A stretch of DNA of 64,000 nt from Octopus sinensis (taxonomy: Eukaryota). Both the position numbers and the translations under genes were made by a program. The notes below the pieces were generated by a model. That model saw nothing but the letters and a program-made list of their open reading frames with translations, was not told the origin of the DNA and made no database searches. Position 1 is the stretch's first letter. Each line of letters begins with the position of its first letter. The stretch covers positions 160,208,001 to 160,272,000 of the forward strand of contig NC_043000.1 in the NCBI RefSeq assembly GCF_006345805.1. Reading direction: 5' to 3'. Positions 55,781-64,000 of the stretch are shown in pieces.

Positions 55781-56577
55781 GTATATAAGCATTTGAACAA
55801 GAATTTGCGAACGGATGAACAAATATATAGGTACATATGTCGATGAAGTGGCATCCTATATGTTCAAAAGTATAACTTAGTATTTAGCATAAATTGTATA
55901 AAAGCAAACTCTCATACGACACTGAATATACATTTCAGTTTTATATAGACACACTATGGACAATAAAAATGTTTATGCATCCTTGTGTGTATGTTTATGT
56001 GTGTGTCTACACACATGTGTATATCAGTGTGGTTTTTATACACTTATTTATCGATATATAATATATTTATCTATACATAAATATACTTATCTATACATAA
56101 ATATATATATATATATATATAGATAGATATATATATATGTATACGTAAATATATGCATACATATATACACATATTCGCCCAAACACATACACACACACAA
56201 AACATACACAAACACATATACACAACGCGCACACACATATGTATACATACATATTTGCACATATATCGATAAACGTGAGGGTTTATATACATACAGACAG
56301 GCGCAAAATCACACGAGCACACACGTATGACTCATCGTCGACGTAACTCAAATCTCGGGCATGAGCCAGTTGTAACATTTGACCTATAGTAACATAGGGC
56401 AACCAAAAAGCCAATTATTTTACGAGAAACCACTTCACGTGTGAATTTCCAGTGACAGATATATAAATTAGGAAACGCTATTACAGTATTGTCAAAACCC
56501 TATATAGCGGGAAATAAGTAAACAACAAACACAGAGTTACAAAAGCAGCCGGAACATGAATATCAACAAGAACAACA

Positions 56578-56580
56578 ATA

Positions 56581-56616
<36 letters not shown>

Positions 56617-56753
56617 GTTGTTGTTGTTGTTGTTGCTGCTACTACTACTACTACTACTACTACTGTTGTTGTTGTTGCTGCTACTACTACTACTACTACT
56701 ACTACTACTGTTGTTGTTGTTGTTGCTGCTACTACTACTACTAATACTACTGT

Positions 56754-56787
<34 letters not shown>

Positions 56788-56800
56788 GTTGTTGTTGTTG

Positions 56801-56837
<37 letters not shown>

Positions 56838-56856
56838 TACTGCTGCTGCTGCTGCC
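56578..56856. repeat. Compound (ACT)n(GTT)n(GCT)n microsatellite
   Basis: Direct reading. Confidence 0.95.
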
Positions 56857-56879
56857 ACTTTTCTTTACCGTTGCCACTC

Positions 56880-57411
56880 ACATGAAACTCACAGAACATC
56901 AAGCAAGAAAACTAAACTACGATGTTACAAAACATCAGAAAGAAAATATACGTATAAATCAACCAGTACCAAGAACCAAAGAGGGTCCTACTGCATGAAA
57001 GGAAAAATACCTCAACCCCACGTGAAAGACACAGATTCATGGCACATCAGACAAGAATATCACCTAATAAAACTCTGCCTGTAACAAACACTTTTACAAC
57101 AAACTCAAGGGGATAAAACAGCAACAACAACAACATTCTCAGCATGGTAAGAATCAACACAGATACCCAAACTATATCGACGTCATATCGGAATGTGAAG
57201 TACCAGAGGACTTCCGCTCCAGGGCACCGGAAAATAACACCACCACCATCCAACAACAAGAGTGGAGGCGCAATGGCCCAGTGGTTAGGGCAACGAACTC
57301 GCGGTCGACAATGACAAATACATCAACCACACTGTCACCAAAACCAATACCACCCACAACAATAATAGCAACAACTACAACAATAACAATCAACACAACA
57401 CAAGCGCTACC

Positions 57412-57443
<32 letters not shown>

Positions 57444-58660
57444 CAACAGTGGAAGCGCTCTGGCCCAGTGGTTAGGGCAGCGGATTCGCGGTTGTAAGAC
57501 AGGGGGGGTGAACCCACTGTACTCTTTCAACACAGCTTTCTCTCACTCTTTCTTCCTACTTCTGCCACAAAGCAGTGGAACCATGGTGTAACCCAATATG
57601 GTGTGGTAAATTTTCCGACCCTAGTCTAGATTGCGAATCATCTGTACCCCAGGATGGTTCAGCTCTCCACCCGTTAAAAGCCACCGTTTACGGAATGAGG
57701 ATAACAAGGTAGCTTTCGCGCCCGTGCAACGGCCAGTCTATCGCGTGTGGTGGGTGGATCTTCAAGTTGCCACACGCATTCTTAGTAGCTTAGAGTAGGC
57801 TCGAATTAGAGATTATTCTTTGTGGCTAACGGTGTGAGTCCTGATTGGAAAGAACAAGAAGACAACAACAACAATGCCAGCAACCTTGACAGCAACAACC
57901 ACAACTGTCTTCTTTAACCTCAACAACAAATCATACGACATAACGAGGATCTAACCAACAGATTTACCCTTCAACAAAAGGTTATGTATCCTACCAAAGA
58001 CTGACAGTGAGACAGGGGTAAAGATTTCGTGAGCTAGAAATAGACTCCGACACATCTTAGACCGCTATAACAAAACAACTGAAAAGCATAATGAGGAGGG
58101 ACCTAAAGACTCAGGGAAACAGTGAATACGGAACAAAGAATTAATGTGCCTCGAAACGGACAAGTCTGGCAGACTGTCGGTAGACATCCTACAAAACTAT
58201 GTCCAGACCATGCAACGACACATCAGAAGCATGAGAGAAATTGCACCACAGAAACATGAAAGAGTGTAAAAACTTTTCAATGGAAACATGGGAATGTGGT
58301 GCAACATACTCCAACCCAAGAAATGGACTGCAAAAAAATGTCCAAGCATTCAACAACGATGTCCCTACGTTATGCGGGTTACGTAAGGACCATAAACCAT
58401 ACGTGAACCCTGTTATGAGGCCCCCAACCTGGCGAGTTTTCAGAGCTAAATATCTTCAACAATTACAGGCTATCCTACTTCCTTTCACGGGTGCTACAAC
58501 CACTCATTGAAATGTCCCAGAATGTCTATGTGAGTACGGAGGATCTCCTGAATAGAATCAGAAGTCGCAACCACTCCAACGACTTCACAGGTTGTGTAGT
58601 AGGTAGTATGGAGTAGTTTCACTCTACCCATCTATAGACATTGAGTGGCGTTGCTAATGT
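56880..58660 (+). mobile_element. Penelope-like element N-terminus and RT domains 1-3, degenerate, interrupted by SINE heads
   Basis: ETDKSGRLSV...Y...M; PTLCGLRKDHKP...PP (ORF 58241-58510); STEDLLNRIR...VVGSM...LYPSID. Confidence 0.75.
57263..57600 (+). mobile_element. Two tRNA-like SINE heads within (CAA/CAC)n
   Basis: ggaggcgcaatggcccagtggttagggca (about 57263) and ggaagcgctctggcccagtggttagggca (about 57451). Confidence 0.55.
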
Positions 58661-59230
58661 TAATTGCTGTAACATTGATGACTGTGTTTGTGGGTACTGG
58701 GTTGGGTGTTTGGGGTTGGTGTGTAGTGAGTGCGGATGTATGGGTGTCTGTGATGTTTATATGTATGGGGGATGTATTTTTCTTTTGCGTTTTTTTGATA
58801 ACTCTCCAATCATTATGGATGGCTTCACTCTCTTGTGCGTCCCTTTCAGGCTCCCTCGCTATTCTTCTTGGGGCTTCGATTGTGGGCCTCCTCGGCGTTG
58901 TGCTGGCTGGCAGCTCTGTGTCTTCTTCTATGGTCTCAACATGTGTAGGTTTGCTGGGTGGAGGGGGCACATTTGCCCATATTTATAAAAACGAAATTTT
59001 CTCTCCTCCACCATTACTCTTAATGTGGTTTCGTTGGGTAGAATAATCTGGTCTGGTATGTCTTCGAGGTCTTTTTGTGTGGCCCGTATAATGAGTTCCA
59101 TGCCTTGGACCCACCAGTTCTGCTGGTGCAGTTTGGTAAATTGGAGTATACTGATTCTATTCTCCATGTTCAGTAAAACACCTGCCTCCAGCCACACCAC
59201 ATCTATTTACTGCTTCAGTATAATTCTATT
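58660..59230 (-). mobile_element. LINE ORF1 (gag-like) fragment with degenerate zinc knuckle
   Basis: IILPNETTLRVMVEERKFRFYKYGQ resembles L.V.VEGR.P.C..CG..GH, followed by a Pro/Thr-rich linker (ORFs 58928-59200, 58632-58970). Confidence 0.5.
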
Positions 59231-60299
59231 TACTGTTTCTGTATGATTTCAGTCACTTAAATATTAATTTAGAAGCAGTTAATTTAATTGATTGATCAAA
59301 TGAACACTCATCAGCGAACGAGGGAGACCTACTGCTTCTCACAATTCCTCCATTTTCGCCGCCTATGTCGCTTGGTTTCTGATTCTGAGGATAAAAAACA
59401 CTATTGCATCGCAATTTTCTCATATAGCTATGCAAACCCGCAGCCGAATTAGCCCGACGTTGATGCTAAGTTATTTGCTGTGCTGTTATACTTGGGAGAA
59501 TTGATAGAGGGAAAAAGGTAACAACATACTTTTCTATATCTATTTAATGTTTTACTTTCTGTGTTAAAATCCTACGGAGGTAGACTTTGATATTAATATT
59601 TCTATGTATCCGAAATATATGTTCTTATTTTCAATTTATCAATTACACTAATTATTGTATGTTCATAATTGTCATGTCTTATTCATATTAATAACTAGAA
59701 GCACAGACTTTCAGCTAATTGAAGCGTTCTTTTATCTACATCAGCAAATGATGCGACCAGTAACAAAGCCATTTTAAAGCAGGAGCAAATTTGATGACAT
59801 TAAGATAGATGGAAATAAACATGAGAATAAACAGTACTGTGTTTGTTTAAGAAATAGCAAAGTACAATGATATCAGTAGCAACACTCCATTTAGATTAAA
59901 TCTGATATGATATATGATACATGGCAACATATTTTTATGTGCAGGGACGTTATTGTATAAAATCACTGCACAGTTCTAAATTTCAACTACAAAATAAAAG
60001 AAATAGTAACCAAATCCTTCGAAAACAATATAGACCGATACAATGGATTAAAACGCATTAGATATTTTTGTTTTTGGATATAAACAATACTTATATTCAT
60101 TCCATAGACTCATCAATGTTTTTCAAAAGTTATGCAATATTTCAGCAGACACATACAAAGTGTTTGATCTAAAGTTGACAGTTTGCATAAAGGAAAAGAA
60201 TACACAGAATCTCCATTCCAAAATAAAAGTATCTTAAAAACTCAAAAAAATATCAGCTAGATCATGGCTGGGAGATAATAGTTTACTCACAGTAACTGT

Positions 60300-61200
60300 C
60301 CTCAACTTATAATACCACCTCATGAAGGTATCTCTCGCATACAATCGTCACTGTATACTTGGGAAGGTCGAGTACGTTCTTGACATTAGCTACCAGCTCG
60401 GCCTTGGTATCGCAGGCAGAGCAGCTGGTATTGTTCTCAGCTGCACCCCACTCATAATATCCATGAGATTACAATAGGAAGAAGTTTTAGAAATTCTTCA
60501 ACAACAAATTCTGAAACTTCCTAGGGGTAGAATAACGACTTGAATCCTGGTGCCATACATATGGTCCTCCAGTTGCAACCATCTTGAGCCAGGCTTCCCA
60601 CAGTCTCCAGCAGCTTCACATAGTTGTATGAATTGAGCCTAGATTTACTGCAGACACAGTGAAAACATGACATCATTGGAGAACCTGGTTTTTGTGATAC
60701 ATGAAACATTACAGGTATTGTAGGCAAGCTTCATGTTGCTCTGTGTGTTCTGGCCAAGCCTCCTGTTGTTCCGGTACATCAGAAAAAACGCAGATGATCC
60801 CTGGCTCAACAAGATGCCTCAGCTTCAGCAGGGGTTGCTTTGTCTTCATCAAGTGGTTCTGCTTGACTTTGGCCTTTAGAATTTGTCCCTTGCACCTCTT
60901 GCACGAGTGGTAGCGAAGTTCCTCATTCAGACCCAGCTTCATAGTAGCGACTCCATCACTCATATCTTTCGCCTGAGAGTGGATAACTTTGCTGGCATCT
61001 TCCATCAACTTGTCCTTTAGTTGTGGGATGAATTTTAGCTTGCGGACATATACCTGCCTGCTGGCCTCACGATCCAGGTCTCAGTTGTAGCTGACCATGT
61101 CAAATCTCACAGCTTTTACAGTGTCCACAGCGCATTGAACAGCAGTCATTTTGTCGGCATTTTGATAGAATGCGCGAGTCATCATGACAGATGTAAATAT
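60300..61200 (-). mobile_element. Tc1/mariner-superfamily transposase remnant
   Basis: IHSQAKDM...LRYHSCKRCKGQIL (ORF 60709-61008); PYVWHQDS; CNLMDYYEWGAAE...TKAELV. Confidence 0.8.
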
Positions 61201-61540
61201 TTTCTTGTATTTAAATGGCATTCAATCCTCTATGTCAGCTAACTTTCTAGCAACTACAAATTTCCTCTTTATGCTCACCAACTCCATTGACTATTTACCA
61301 TTATAGCTAGCTGTTCCTGAAATATAGAGACAAAATAATCGATAAATTTTACTTGAACACCGTATGGTGATATTGATATACTGAATTAATAATGGAGTAC
61401 CTAATACAGACACCAGCCATTCGCTCTCACACACACATTTACTTACATGACCAGATATGAATATGCTTCTATGCATATATTTATGTATACGTGTATGTGT
61501 GTGCGTGTCTGTGCAAGAAAGAGAGAGAGTATATGTGTGT

Positions 61541-61576
<36 letters not shown>

Positions 61577-61769
61577 TGTGTTGAATCAAAAGTCTTGCAA
61601 TATTTTGCTAACTTATTTGCTTTATTCGTCTAGACACCACAATAGCAGCCTTGTATTCGAAGTAGAGGCCACTGTTTTGTACCGTCCGCATATATTTTTC
61701 TAACAGTTCTTTTATACAACCTGATACCAGTTCTTGTTCTTTAAGGTTAAGAACTCATTCACTGAAGCT

Positions 61770-62390
61770 TCCACCCCCTCTTGGTTCATGAAGCCTCACG
61801 AGTACAGGAAGTGGATGGAGGATCAGGACAACTAATACTCCGATGAAGCCACTTGTGGACTATATGCTAGGTGTGGCATAGTTCCTGGAGTGTAGTATGA
61901 GCTGCTCGAACCGTATAAGGTTTCGCGTTGGAATTCTGCAGAAGTGTTCGCTTTCTGTTAAACAATGCCGGATATATTTGCCGCATGATGGCATAGAGCT
62001 GATCAACCTGTTTGGAGTACGGGTTAACATTGATGGTTCACGGTCTGGAACGACCTCGTTGTGGATTATCTATCTCCTGTTAATTCCACTGGATGCAGCA
62101 ACACCTTGTATTCGAAATGCCCATATTTGGTGCCAGGTTCCGGAAACTGGCTCCTGCTTCACCAAAGCTTTCGCACTTTATGATTGCGGAGTAATATCAC
62201 TCGTATTACTTGTTCCAATTCATGGCTCACTTCCTGTGCTCGTAACGCATCACCAACCAAGTTGTGGTAGAGTCTTCAGTAAAGGAGTTCTTTACTTCGA
62301 AGAACATGAACTGTTCAATAAAAGAACAAGAAAATTGGCTTCAGATGGTGCAATACTCTGGACTCTACATTGAATGCTTGGCTTCCTTTA
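61770..62390 (-). mobile_element. Mariner (DD34D-type) transposase catalytic-domain remnant
   Basis: Minus strand TINVNPYSKQVDQLYAIMRQIYPALFNRKRTLLQNSNAKPYT...TLQEL matches the TI....Y..QL...HDNA.PH motif. Confidence 0.75.
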
Positions 62391-62474
62391 CTGTAACATG
62401 ACAAATAAAGCTAATAAGAAAGCATCACAATATCTATGATTGTGTATGTGTGTGTGATTGTGTCTGTCAGCAAT

Positions 62475-62578
<104 letters not shown>

Positions 62579-62839
62579 ATATGTATAAATACATATGTAT
62601 AAATATGTATGGATAAATATGTATGTATATATATATGTATGTATAAATATATATGTTTAAATCTTGTATACTATAAAGCTATCTATTATATCTAAATATG
62701 TATGCATAAATATGCATGTATAAATATGTATATACAGATATGTATATATATTGACATATGTATATAGGGGGATGTATATATGTATATATTATATGTCTAT
62801 ATATATATGTATATATATATATATTATATAATATATATA

Positions 62840-62914
<75 letters not shown>

Positions 62915-64000
62915 GTGTGTGTGTGGTGTGTGTGTGTGTGTGTGGTTATAGTTGAATTCACTGAAAAACAGAAGACGAAGACAGATCAGATGTATAAACA
63001 ACAAACAGGTGTAATAGATTGACGCTGTATTAGTTTTGGCAAAAGTCATCCAGACCTACAAAGCCTCTTCTCACTAACTGGACAGCTCTTAACTTCTCAA
63101 CGTTTAGAATATTATCATTCAAACAAAGTAGGATAACTCCATTCACCTTTCATCCTGTACCGCCTTCCAAACATCACAATCAACTTTGTAGAATCTTCCC
63201 ATTCTCCACTACACATCATAATGTTTTGCTCCATGAGCAGTGTCCAGTAGAATAAAGTTTCTCGTAGATTCGAACCAGTCACTGGCCTACAAGCTTATCA
63301 CCCTCCACTGTCTCGTTACTGCTGATACATTAGCCTCTACATGCTGACCACATGCAACCCAACTTAGGCACTCTCAACATAGCTGTAAGTCTCTCACCAA
63401 CCAATGATATTTCCAGCCTCCAAGAGCCTGTTCCTAGCTAAGTCCCCTAGCTTCATGCCCTCATTCTAATTCCAGCTCCTCCCATGCCATTTCCGCTGTC
63501 GTCAACTTAGAGAATTTGAGCGGAATATTAAAGTACTCGTGAAACAGGTCTCGATGACCCTACAAAAGCTATGGATACTGTCATTTCCTCAATACTAAGC
63601 TATTAAAAGAAATAGCTTAGCGAGCAAATATGGTATTTCAAATAATTTCATTAATAACGCTGAACAGTCATTTCATAACCAGAAATCTATAAATTCGTAT
63701 CATTATATCAATGAGTAGAATACCGTACAGTAACACTTCAAATACAGTTTGAATTCTTATAGAATATTAATGACATGTTTGACAGTATATTAACTTAGGA
63801 AGCAACAATAATATTTCAAGAAATGTAAGAACATTACAATTTCTCCGTCTGATTGGCCTCATATATCTTAGAATCGAAACAATGTGAAATTAAGAAAAGT
63901 ATAGATGGCAAATATTTTTGTAACAAATCAAACATCTGTTATGTTCTAGCATTCTAAATTCTAAATTCTACAAACATTGAAAAGCTCTTAATCCATCAAA

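Noticed and set aside
58641-59046. Two overlapping hydrophobic plus-strand ORFs
   Set aside because: Antisense shadows of the Pro/Thr-rich LINE ORF1 fragment.
59500-60250. Possible degenerate PLE RT (SKFDDIK) and unclassified LINE-like tracts at 22980-23700 and 63050-63560
   Set aside because: Similarity too weak to support by eye.
61897-62373. 158-aa plus-strand ORF
   Set aside because: Antisense to a mariner transposase remnant.

Overview
Repeat-saturated, AT-rich eukaryotic DNA. The density of (TA)n/(CA)n/(TATC)n microsatellites and the SINE, LINE, Helitron and Penelope families present resemble an octopus (cephalopod) genome; this is an inference from pattern familiarity, not a search result. 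Almost all listed ORFs are microsatellite read-through or antisense noise. The recognisable coding segments are transposon remnants: Penelope-like (PLE) GIY-YIG endonuclease and RT, RLE-type (R4/Dong/NeSL-like), CR1-like and RTE-like LINEs, Tc1/mariner transposases, a piggyBac fragment, and Helitron Rep and PIF1 helicase. No complete host gene can be assembled. A few splice-site-bounded open segments on the minus strand may be exons of a divergent extracellular protein (low confidence). The most striking signal is in RNA structure. About ten minimal type-I hammerhead-ribozyme-like motifs from at least five unrelated short repeat families sit in or beside TA microsatellites. Several have non-canonical cores: a compensatory G3-C8 swap, a family-wide A6U, and an extra purine after position 9. 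Three occur as outward-facing inverted pairs. All folds were made by eye and activity is untested.
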